Assembly: GCA_030141605.1 (NCBI GenBank)
Contig: JAQGDQ010000054.1
Span: 186,001 to 250,000 of the forward strand
Direction of reading: 5' to 3'
Source of the DNA: Tubiluchus corallicola
Lineage: Eukaryota > Animalia > Priapulida
Length of the DNA stretch: 64,000 nt
The notes beneath the pieces were generated by a model. That model ran no database searches and was not told where the DNA came from. It saw only the letters and a program-made list of their open reading frames with translations. How positions within the stretch are numbered: position 1 is the first letter of the stretch; every line of letters starts with the position of its first letter. Shown one piece after another: positions 47,552-59,330 of the stretch. A program made the position numbers and the translations under genes.

Positions 47552-48420
47552 GGTGCACGGTAAAAATGGCAGAGGAAAAAATGGCATTAAATGGAAAAGT
47601 AGGTAAAAATGGCACATACGTTATCTTGACGCAATTGATTTCTGCATGCATAAAGCTAGAATGCGTTCAGTAGGAAATAAACAATTCTGCAAAGCCGAAC
47701 AATCTTATTCATCTTATTAAAAAAACGTAAAACAAAGATAAATGAACAAACATAAAAAATGAACAGCTATTAGTATTATATAGACCAGCAAAAGACTCAC
47801 AAAATATTTTGTTCATCAAATAGATTTAATATTAATAATGCACGAATATTCCACATAGTGTTTATCTACCCCTTTCTACCATTAATTTTGACGATGCTAA
47901 TATACTAACAAATATATATATAAAAAATTATTTACATATCAATGTCAGCTTATAAGGCTATACATATTAATAAGCAAAGGGTGCAGTTTTCAAGCGAGAA
48001 CTTTTCGAAATTGAAATTGGAAGTAACTCGTGGTTGCTTGTCCAGGTGAAGTCAATAAAAACGCTCCCTCTCAGACCTCCGCAAAGTCCTTCACGAATGT
48101 TTTCGTCCAAGCAAAAAATTCCCATTTTGGCACCTTATAACTGCCTTCTCCACAAAGCTTCGCAAAAATCCATTAAGTAGTTTTTGCATAATACGTTTAC
48201 TGCCATAACAGACAAACAGACAAACAAACAAAATGTGTTGAAGCATAACTTCCTTGGCAGAGGTAAAAGTAACTAAAATAATTATCCTCCCGCAGTAAAC
48301 CTAAACTTAAACCAATATTTTACTAAGTGTGCCATTTTTCTTGTGCCACTTTTACCTACTTTTCCATTTGTGCCATTTTTTCCCATGCCATTTTTTCCTG
48401 TGCCATTTTTACCTACATTT
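47552..48420. mobile_element. Foldback/MULE-like non-autonomous DNA transposon with modular TIRs and a 9 bp TSD, carrying a nested repeat
   Basis: aattaacag at 47543-47551 and 48421-48429. Left arm ggtaaaaatggcagaggaaaaaatggca..aaatggaaaagtaggtaaaaatggcaca is mirrored by tgccatttt modules at 48329-48413. Confidence 0.75.
47970..48266. mobile_element. Nested non-autonomous element (HINE/Helentron-like) with (ACAG/ACAA)n microsatellite and terminal cataacttccttggcagaggtaa; related inverted copy at ~59454-59700
   Basis: 48178-48266 tagtttttgcataat...taacagacaaacagacaaacaaac matches the reverse complement of 59490-59537 ttgtttgtctatctgctaacaggattacacaaaaacta. Superfamily assignment is inference. 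Confidence 0.55.
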
Positions 48421-49589
48421 AATTAACAGAGGAAACCAAACCTTTTGCTCTAATAGAAGCAAAAACGAGTTTAAATTTAATGTAAATTTAAGCGAAATTA
48501 ATATAAAAACTGCACACTGCGTAAGCTGTATCGTGCATAAGAAAACAAGAAAAAACGTTTATTTTTAAAAACACGTAAGATGCTTCAGTGCTTCACAACT
48601 TGCTCTGTGAACTAAACTGGCTTTGCTCTTTCTTAAAACTGTCCTAAAGCACTTATCGTACAAATAATCTGACCACACACCAGCCTCTGGCTTACATTAC
48701 TGACTGGCCTGGATCATGTAACCTCAGCCGCCCACAAGTGTAGACTGTATAACACTGATGCACACTTCTAATCTCAATGCACATCTTTTCATTTTTCCAT
48801 TTTTTACTTAAAATGACTCCATAGAAGAAACTAAGTTAAAAAGAGAATAGATTATAATTCTCATTTTTATAAGACTAAGCACCGTTATAACGCTATTCAT
48901 GGATGCAGTCGTGGAGGCTGAAATTCCATAAAATTTTGCTATTTTTTCTGAAATTGAGTAAAAACTCAAAAAAAATCTATTTGTTTCTGTCATGGTAACA
49001 CTTATTATATTTATATGACAGTAGATTTTCGTACATGGCAAAAAATCTGTATGCACCAAACTGTGACGCAAACCGACTCGCACAAAATTTACATGTACAC
49101 GGCAACTTTTGTATGAATAACCACTGGAAACATGTGGTAGATGAGTACTTATTGACTACAAATGATTACTTTTTATTAGTCTGGGCTCGGATTCATGTAC
49201 TGCACTTACGATGGTGTCCTTGTCTTAAGTGGGGATTACGCACGCGGGAATACTTGCATGAAATTCATATAGCTGTTTAATTTCCTTACTCGTACCCTAG
49301 TTGAAACTGCCTTTCCCGCAACTAGGTAAGTTAAGCCAGATTCAAATACGCGTCTCGCATTTAGTCGCACATATCTTTGCGCGCACTTAATGAATTAGGA
49401 GGGAATTCATTAAACAAAATTTTACTTTAACCGCAGGCGTAACTTTACGACAGAGTTGCTGTAACTTGACGAATAACTTTGTCATTAATAGTACTGTATT
49501 TCACTTCAAAATCACATATCATTAATTGGAAATGTACTTTAAATACGGTATCTACTCTTAAGGAAAGTTAATAAACGATCGACCAGTTT

Positions 49590-49860
49590 CTTTCTCGAGC
49601 TTCTTCTCTGTCCTTCTTACCACTTTTCTTTTCTTTTCTGCTCTTCCCCTCCCCTTTCTCCTCTTCTTTTTTTCTACCCTTCCCTCCCTCCCCTTCCCTT
49701 ATTTCTTCTCCTCTCATCTCTTTGCTTCTCCTTTCTTACCTTATTTTCGTTTCTCTTCTCTTCTTTCCTCTCCCCTCTGCTCCTCTCCTCTCTTCTCTTT
49801 GCTCTCCTTTCCTTCCCTTCCCTTCTCTTCTCTTCTCTTCTCTTCTTAGCTCTCACACTC
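49590..49860. repeat. Polypyrimidine (CTT/CTCTT) low-complexity tract
   Basis: About 270 bp almost entirely C/T on the + strand. Confidence 0.95.
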
Positions 49861-51689
49861 TGTCCTTGTTGTTTTTAGGCCATCAGAAGGAAGACCGCGA
49901 TTAGTTTTTTGTGAATGAGTTTAATTAAAATTTAGATTAATGAAGTAGCAATCTTCTCATGTTTTTGTTCTATGTGTGATTAAACAGTCACGCTAATGTA
50001 AGTCAAATATAAATATAAGTTGTGTTCTTATTAGGTATAAAATATAAAAAAATTGGAAATACTCTCTCCCCCACTCTCTTTCTGCTCAGGTTTTTGTGAT
50101 GTGAATTGACGTACGGATTACGGAGCCCGTATGGGTGTGTAGGGAGAGTATCAGACAGAAAACTATGTCCAGCAAAGGCGGGAAAACGTTTATCGAGGGT
50201 GCACACGAGGAAAAATCTGTAACACTTGGTCATCAGTCATGCGAAGATGTTACACACTGAATTTACCTTGTGTGCGACCGGTATTAGAAATTCAGTTATT
50301 ATAATAATCATGGCAGAAGATGCAGGCTAATTGTATAATCAATCAACTTATCCACCTACCTTTCAAACAGAAGCCTGACAGAATACATCCGTTGGAAAAA
50401 AGGAGGAATATCCCATTCGGTTAGCATCTCACCCTGGAATATCAACAAATAACGTTTAATCTTTCAACTAAAAACTTCAGGCACGAGCAACCAGGCAACA
50501 CGACTCGCATCTTCTCCACCACTCCCGGAGATTAATGGGAAACAGGATTTCCGAAATTGCGCCACTAGCCGAATCCAAACATGAGGAAAATTCCGCCCGC
50601 AATGCCGAATTTTATTGGTATTCGGATGAGTCTCAAATTACATAAACTTTATCATTTTCATGTGCTGTGGTGCTAAGAGGGTACAGAGTTCGAGAAAAAG
50701 ACAGATGATCATGATAATGCACTGAAGCGAATTATAAAATTCGCTTTAAAGAAGTGAAACAAAATACTGAACTGAATATTATTCTTCATTATAGCGGAGT
50801 TCCTTACTGAGTGGATAGGTGTGCACTTTATACGAGAGGTGTGTGACTGCCGTGGGATTCGATATTTGTGATATCATTCGCAAATCTTGGCTGTTTACCC
50901 CGTAGAGGAGGGATACATCAGAACGTGGCTGAGACGCCTCTACTGGTTCAGTGACTCATCTTATAAAGCTGGACTAGGATCCAGACAATAAGCCATGCTC
51001 TGGGTATGCCAAGCATATCTCGTTGAGTGGGGCCTGTTTATGAACGATGGTTCCAGTGTGTTAATTGAGAAAAAGAAGTTGAAATATAAAAGTTAATTAT
51101 GTTTTCTCTCCAAAAAAATGATTAGAGAATACATGTACAGTACATGATTAGAGTCAAAATAAATTTCCAGTACAAAGAAAAGACGTATCTTATTTAAAAA
51201 TTTCCAGGCACTTAAGGTTCGATAAATATGATGTATACGGCAATTTTATCAGACAGTTGTATCACTATATTATGTAGCTACTTACAATACAATACGCTGA
51301 TCTTCCCTAAGAGGGGTCGTCAGCTTATGTATTACTTATCTACAATAAGATACCACTTTACATTTCCTGCACGCATGACTGCACATGAAGCCTATAAGCT
51401 GGGCAAGAATCATTTGTGCACTTCACTGTAGGAAGCCGCCGTTTCCTGATGAGGCAATAACTGACCAGTAATTACATTATCATCAATTATCTAGCAAAGA
51501 TACCAGTAGACCAGTACGGGTGCAGACGGCCTGCAAGAATCCGCGAGCAAAGGTAAAATTTTTTACAGGAAAAATTACATTCATGTTGGAGCACTATTTC
51601 CTTTACAATTGAACATATATTGAATTACCAACATAATGCTGGAAAGCTTCTTGAAAACTGGGGAATTTTGTGAATGGCATAAACTCAAT

Positions 51690-52625
51690 ATGAGTGTCAA
51701 GAAATGACAGCCCCTCCTGTACAAAAGAACAGAAAAGAATGGTTAAAATACCAACAACACCGCGAATAAGGGCATTTATTTTAGAATAAATAATACTTAT
51801 TTAAATATCTGATAATGCCGCCATTCGTTGCTCTGACAGCTATTAAAGGAAAACCGGACGATTGCGTAAACATTAGAGTTCAGAATAAAGAATGCTCTAA
51901 AATGCTAAAAACTACAATAGCTTTTTTTTAAACCAAAGCTTAGATTAAATAATAATTACCTCGGATACTCAAATTTCGTTAACTTTCAACACTATGCGCA
52001 GCTCAGTATATCTACTAAGATTGGCAACGGCGCCTTTATGTCATATTCGCGTGGCCGACAAATAGAATGCGGTACTCTTATAACCATGATCATGAACTGC
52101 AGTGTTAGTTTCTGACGTCATATGACATAGAGCGCATTTTTGTGACATCACGTGTTTCAGCAGTAACACTTCCGCAAACGTGCTTGACGCGCAAGGGAAG
52201 ATGCCTGCCATTGCACAAACTGTGGTTAGTTTCTGGCGTAAGCAATAGTTGTGTTCGGGTGCTGTTAATTAACTTTCTAAGTTAATCACTCAAATATAAG
52301 AAACAATTGCTAACTTTTACAGGCAAGAATATATTGGACAGTAAATGAAAATGAGATCGAGTCTAAACAATCAACCGGCTTTCCTTTAATCAATATGGAT
52401 ATGATTCATGTTGGTTTCTCAATGGAAACTGTATCATGAGCTATTTCTTCAGGAACTTAGTTAATTTTTTTAATACCTGGGGAAAAAGCGTAATAAGAAT
52501 TAATAATAATAAAGCTTATAAAAATAGTAAATGTCTAGTTGTTTATGTGTTTATATAAATGTTTATATGTCTACTTGTGATAATAAGTTTCAAATTTTAG
52601 AGGTCTGTCATTTCCTGACACTCTG
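51690..52625. mobile_element. Tc1/mariner-type MITE
   Basis: Left gagtgtcaagaaatgacag versus rc of right TA|cagagtgtcaggaaatgacag; left terminus slightly decayed. Confidence 0.7.
51847..52385. mobile_element. Kolobok-like MITE nested in the 51690-52625 element
   Basis: TTAA TSD at 51843-51846 and 52386-52389; TIRs aggaaaaccggacgattgcgtaaac versus rc aggaaagccggttgattgtttagac; starts AG (RR), as for Kolobok rather than piggyBac. Confidence 0.7.
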
Positions 52626-53964
52626 TATATTAGCACATCAAGCACATCACATTTACTAAAGTCTAAACCCATTGATGAGTTTTTAATCTAGTTTCTATTC
52701 CAATTTCTGAAGATGTTCTGAAACAGGCTGGCTTATACAGACTGCTGACCTGACGGTATTCAAGGGTTTGAACCAATATTCTATATGAGATGGGCGGAGC
52801 ACTAAAACAGTTCTCCAAAGGATTTTTCATCGTGGTTTCTGAAGTGTATTTAAACGAAGAAAAATTGCGGCTGAATCACCAACTCTACTCAAATACAGCA
52901 ACAATGGTGAACTAAAGGTTTCAAGAGAATGACTGCAATATAACAGAAAAATGTGACTGCAAGAATTAAAGAAAGCTAGCTCATAACTTTATGGATGCAA
53001 TGAAACGCTACGTTTTCGTTTAAGTAATTCACATTTTGTATTTCTCACTCCATTAAAAAACAGTTGACAAATAAGAGGTACCTCTTTTTACAAAATGTTG
53101 GCCATTACAATGCAAAACTCAAAATAAATTTAAGAGCTTGATAACGCCAAGTTTAAGTAACAAAACACGTTCATTCCATAAGAATAAAAATATGTTGCTA
53201 AATACATGCTGTATTTACTACTTACTATGGATCCTTTTGTGTGATGTGTGATTTTTGTATGTACATTGCATTGTATATTGTATTGTGTTGTTCGTCAGTA
53301 AACCTATATTATTATATAGTCTAATCCTAGTTATTACTGAGTGTACTGATCACTCCTATCCTCAGGATTGAGTTACTTTTTAAACTTAATTAAAATCTAA
53401 CTGGTTGACGGTAACCCTGTTACTCTACTAGTAAATCTCACGAAAACTCGTATACTAAACTAGACAATTTTGTTTTAATTATCTTTGAGCAGATCTCAAA
53501 GCAATAACGCTTTAGAAGGTTTAGTCACCAGTAATCTTCTGATGTACGATAACTGTACATCAGAAACTCTCAAATGTTAAATGTCACAGTCCATGGATGA
53601 TCTCGTCATTGACAAGCTTCAAAGCTTCAGAAGCCATCATTGCACTCTTGGGCCAAAGACAAAGTTATGAGCTCAAATATTTATCAGTTACTGCTTCTGG
53701 TTAAGTTACTTACCCTTGACGCTTAGATCAAGACCAATACGACAGACAGAGTTTGTGTCGTTTGACAGAGGTAGCTACAAGGTGACAAAGCTTCAAAGTG
53801 TTTAGGTACAGTAGGGAGTTCGAAGTTTTAGTTTCATTGTGGTTAAGACAAAATAAAGTGAATACAAAAAGGGATATAAACACACTTCCCAAATCAAGGA
53901 GGCAGTACTAAATTGTGTTAAAGCAGCACTGAAAGTAAAATTTGATTGAGTGTCAAAATGGAGT

Positions 53965-54297
53965 TCAGACACTACTGATGACCTGCCATGTCATACGGCT
54001 GGATGCTGTTTTACATTCCACGGTTTTAGATGTAGATGATAAGACAGAAATAGGTCTAAAATTAGACACTATTTGCTTGTCACCTTTTTTATGTGCAGGA
54101 CAAACATTAGCTATTTCCCATACAGGCAGATAACGACCAGAGAAATGTGATAGTTGTAACAAACATGTCAGCGGCCCAGCAACAGAAAGTGAACAATTTT
54201 TTAAGATGCTATTACTTATCCCATCAGGTCCAGATGATTTATTATCATTTACACTGGCGAAGTAACACCGGACTAAATCAAATGTTATAGTTGACAC
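53965..54297 (-). mobile_element. Fragment of a CR1/L2/Jockey-group LINE reverse transcriptase
   Basis: KSSGPDGIS..ILK.C...VAGPL..L...W..ANVCP.HKKGDK..VSNFRPISVLS..SK..E corresponds to RT domains 0-2. Confidence 0.85.
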
Positions 54298-57200
54298 TCG
54301 ATAATATTTTGTTGGTTTTCAGGAAGAACTGTGAAAGAGTTACATTAGGCCAATATAGAACACGATATAGTGACTAGAAAAAAATTGGTTGAACAATGAA
54401 CATTTACTGACAATATCAGTCACGAAACAATTATTAGAATCAAGTATTTGTGCATTGAATTTAATTGAAATCTCACTTTTAGCTTTGTAAAAGTACTTTG
54501 CTGGGTGCAATCATGCTTTCGAACAATTAACAGGATGAAAAAGCAGGAATAATCAGAAAACAGAAAATTAAATATGCTGCAATAAAGCAGCCCAGCGTGA
54601 GATGCAAGTGATGTCACGCTAAAACACTCGCACGTTTGTACCTCGTTGTTAATATTTTTGTTCACATATCGCATATAGCGCATTGAAGTAAGTGTGGACA
54701 AAGGTATAATTTGAGCTTTTTTCTCCGGTGCTGCTTTAATGTCAAGTAACGGTTACTGTGACAACGTTTAGCTGATCAAAATGCCATAAGGTAACATTAA
54801 AATTTCTAATGGCTTCATGTATAATAAAAGTTATATTTCAGTAACAGCCATGCAGTCTAATTCAGTAATCTGTTTTTTAATATTGTCTGGAGACATACAG
54901 AATTTTAGCGTTTTAACCAGAAGAATATAAATGGGAAAATACATGCGAGTAAATGATCACAACCTGCATGAGATCATAGTAATTTTTCAACTGCTGTAGA
55001 ATCTGTCAGAATACGCTAAACTAAATATAAATTACTATTAAAATGCAAAATTTCATTTTTAACTGAAGTAGGAAACCTTGCCTTGTTAAGTAGGAAACGC
55101 CAATGTTAAAATTCTGACTGAATTTTTTTCGACTGTTTACAAGTGAATCGTAGGAATACTTACCTCGTTACGACCTGATAATAAAACTATTACAGCTTTC
55201 ACCTATACACCTTCGCTTTTGGTTCAATTTCACCCTTACGCATGTTGCTGACTGGGTAACATAATCACATGCATGTTGATTCTCAAGAGTCCAATTTTTG
55301 ACAAATCGTTTATTTAACACTCTAATTGCACGACTTCACACACAGTTTAAATTTTAACCAGAAATCGCATAAGCTCATAGTTAAACAATAAGTTCTGCTT
55401 AAGAAAGCAATTCGTGTTAACCTCAGTTCAGTAGGAGGTTTGACCGAACTCCAAAGCATCGCACGGTCACAACAACATATAGGCTCCATAAAGAGAAAGA
55501 GCGATGCGCGTTTAACTGAAGACCCAGTCTCGCTAATCAATGATGATTGAGCACATTGAATACAGATCAATACACCACAGGCACGTATCCATACTGACAT
55601 TAAATATTAGCACGAAAACACATGCCCGCTCATTCGGTTAACATGACTAAACTAATCACTGTCAGAATAGTTCAATATCTGCTCGAGGAAAACAGCTAAT
55701 AATTCGCGAAGTCGCTCATGCGTCAGCGCGGCACGCGACAAGATGCGACCGGCTGATCAATGTTTGTGCGTAATTTGACAAATCGTGACGATAATCGCTC
55801 AAAAAGACCTTAATATGGAAAGAGAAAGATTCAGACCGCAGAAGATTTACGAACAGTCTTAATGAGGCACTTCTCACTGTCACTCACTTATTCATACAAG
55901 ACAATACAAGAATGGTCGAAACTGATGACAAAGGCAATCACAGTTCATTAGAATTGATTGTGGGTATTATAAAATGTTACCTTGTATGTGAGACTATGAC
56001 AATGTGTACAAACAGTGTAATGTCAATTTTAGTTTTCTATAATAATCAGGAAACACTTATCTGGCTTTATTGTAATTTTGACATGAAATACGTGTTTATA
56101 TAAACAAAAATGTCAGTGTTCATTACTTTTATTAGTTTATGTAGCTACATTAATTCAGAGATTGCAGATTCGCATTTTTCACAGTTACAATACTTATAGT
56201 ATCTCTCGTTCTGCATTTTAGATTCTGCACAGGTTGGACAAGTTCAATGCCATTGCGTTGCTACGTTTCATTTTCACAAACAATGAAAATTCTCTGTGAG
56301 ACAAGTGAATGTTCTGCGTCAGTCTCACTCTGTCAGAATATGTGTGGGGTGGGCGCGAATCCGTAAAATGGCAGGTCTGTGGAGACTCTGTAAGGCCTGT
56401 AAGGACCATACGAATTCTCCCGGTACAAGTAGTTAATATAAAAGATGGTTCTCCTAAAAGTTGTCACAATAAAGTAGAAAAAACTGGAAAATGCTCTATA
56501 ACCTTCAATCATTAAAATTTATTGCAAGTGTTCTTCTGCCCTTTCAGGTGAAAACGGAAAACAGCCCCTACCCAGGTCAGTCAAGTAATGGTTGCCCAGT
56601 AAAATATTTTAGTGAAATAACCACAGTCACCTAAGGTAGGAGACACAAGATTAAAACGATGGTTTCTATTAAAAAACTTCAAGAAAATCATATGATAACA
56701 TAATTGTGGCATGTTACAGTATAAAAGATGCGAGTACTTTATCGTATGCATAGTCTGATGGAGAATGAACATAGTGCATTTTCCAACATTACAGTGGCAT
56801 TTGGTAAATTGTAAGACAAGCACTTTATGTTGGTTTTATGACAACTGTAAAGCAAGATGAAAGAATCTCAGGAGACATTTGCTTGTGTCTGCGCAGAAAA
56901 TTAGTATCTCGATTTTCTAATTTCAGCAGATGATCTGCCATTAGGAGATGAAATGGCAGCAAATACTCTGGAAGTATAGCTATCATAAAATGTTACAAAG
57001 GCCTAAGCAGGCAGATTTGATGTACCTCACTAGACCAGACTGCTAAAACTAGGAAAATGATTAAACGAAAGCGAGAAGGCCAAAACTAATAACATTAAAA
57101 CGTTTACAAGTATAGGTCTATGTTTTGTAATTTTAAATCGTTTTGATTGCAATAAACAATATGTCCAATGTATCGTTATCCACACTTGAGAAAACAACTT

Positions 57201-59038
57201 GCAGTGTTGTTTCTTTTGCAGATCATTCAGATAATATATGCACATTACAAGGTAAGTTATAGTCAATAATGTTACAATTTGCAAATAAGTAAAATAATAC
57301 AAACAAGTTCATTATGTAACAATTGGCTGAGCATTATATGACCATATTCTTGGCACGCACAGAACAACTAAAATCACTAGGCAACCTCTACACGCAGTTT
57401 GTTTCTGAAAGACTGTAAACAGTTTCAAGCTAGCCAAATAATACTGAGTACTCATGTCATTGATTCGAATTACTTTTGACTTCCGCTATTTAAGCATTCT
57501 TTTTATATTTTACTGATATATCACCAGCATTACAGCAAAATCACAGCAATTCATGTAGTATCCTGCAGCCACTAGGCATTAATTCTACAGTGTGAAGAAA
57601 TATGTGCCACAGGCTTCATTGCCTATTCATGGTTTATTTCCTTGTACCCAAAATTAGCAGAAAGAGAGCAACCTAATATATTAAATAAACAAAGCTAGCT
57701 GAGAAACTAAGATGACAGAAACAACATGGTTGTAATCTACATTATAATGCTGTCAAATGTGAAACTCTTATAGCCAGCACATATGCATATTGTACCTAGT
57801 AATACAACCTCTTTAATCTAACAGAACTTTAATGTGTAAATGATAATCAGTTTGTAATTTGTAGCTTTGGGCAATACAGACTGATTATGTAATTTTTTGA
57901 GGCCAGTAAAACTCAAGATTACACACAGCAAAACATTAGCCCCATATTTTCCGAGCTGATATCAGTCGACCATCACATACTTCCAGTTCTGTTCCAGAAA
58001 CCATATCAAAAGCCAGAGTCTCAACTTTACAAGGTTGAGTATCAATCAAAATTACATTTAGTGATTCACTGAGGATAAACCAGAAATTAATTTATCATGC
58101 AGCAATATCACCATATTTGAAACCATTTCTTTAATGTAGGCTGAACTAATATTGAATATGATAATCAATATTTTATTGACAGATATTCACTATGGCAATG
58201 TCACTACAGACTTAGAGAACTAACATTGCACCAAATTGTTTGGAGAAGAGCACACTTGCAACTTCCACACTACCAGCCAACTTGGTGAAAATACTATTTT
58301 CACTCCAATGCATCATATAAATAAGCATCACGTATTGTACTTACATACCACAAACAGTTTTCTTACAAGGACAGTGGCAAATTACGAAAAATGATGCATG
58401 CGAAATTCAATCTGCTCTCCCACTATACATCACCCGGAAGGGTTTTTGACCACCTGTTAAAAATATTTCTGCGTCTGAGTCTACACTACATTCACTTACT
58501 ATGCAGAGGAGGTGAGTATGTGCACGTACAATAAATTTATATTGCGGGATTTGTGGCCCTATCTTAAAACTGTTTTGAACCAAAATAGCTGTGCACGAAG
58601 GGTCAGTTTTTTGACATAGCAAAATGAATGTAGAATCGTGAATACAGGCTTACATGTGACATATAAAACTAAAATAAGTTTGAATGTTGCTACAACATAG
58701 TATTTAAAATGCACTTCAAGCAAAATGGGCTTCCTACAACTTTAATATATAACCTTTGATAGAACAGAGAAATATCACTTCTTGCTACTGAACAATTTGA
58801 AAAAAAATTAATCTGTTAAAGTTACCTTTAGTTTCAGCCAAGTTTCACATTCACAAAAGTGTGCCTTGCAGATCCAGATTTTGGCTGGACATTGTTTTCA
58901 ATTCCCTGAAAAAAACGTAAATTAGAGGAACGCTTATGCACCAAGGAAAGTGAAGAATTTCAATCAATATTAACAACACAGCATTTTAGACAAGGAGAAT
59001 TTACTAATATTGGTACTTAATGATTACTGCTACTAATA

Positions 59039-59330
59039 GGGCTAACGGTGGGGTTGAGCGGAGAAGGCACCTCACTTCATGCGAATGACGTGAGTTCGAT
59101 ACTCGCACTGGGAGATATTATTCAAAAACCATGGTTCTTTAGCCCATTTACTTTATAGCACACATGTGAACATGGCTGACCTCTGCTAGTTCATCTTCAC
59201 CACTGCTATCTGAGAGTAAACTCACAAGTGTAAACTGCTTGGCAACTTCTCTCACAGCTTCTCTCTGAGAGTGTTAATTTGCGTATTAACTCTCTAGTAT
59301 GAATGCACCATTAGAAAGATATCCTTGATA
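59039..59330 (+). mobile_element. tRNA-derived SINE-like remnant
   Basis: Head with A-box-like tggggttgagcgg (~59049-59061) and B-box-like gagttcgatact (~59092-59103). No clean cloverleaf. The 3' extent is uncertain. Confidence 0.5.

Noticed and set aside
49674-49904. Arg/Glu/Lys-rich and Leu/Ser/Phe-rich ORFs
   Set aside because: Artefacts of the polypyrimidine tract.
59039-59115. Possible tRNA gene
   Set aside because: A/B-box-like motifs are present but there is no consistent cloverleaf; treated as a SINE head.
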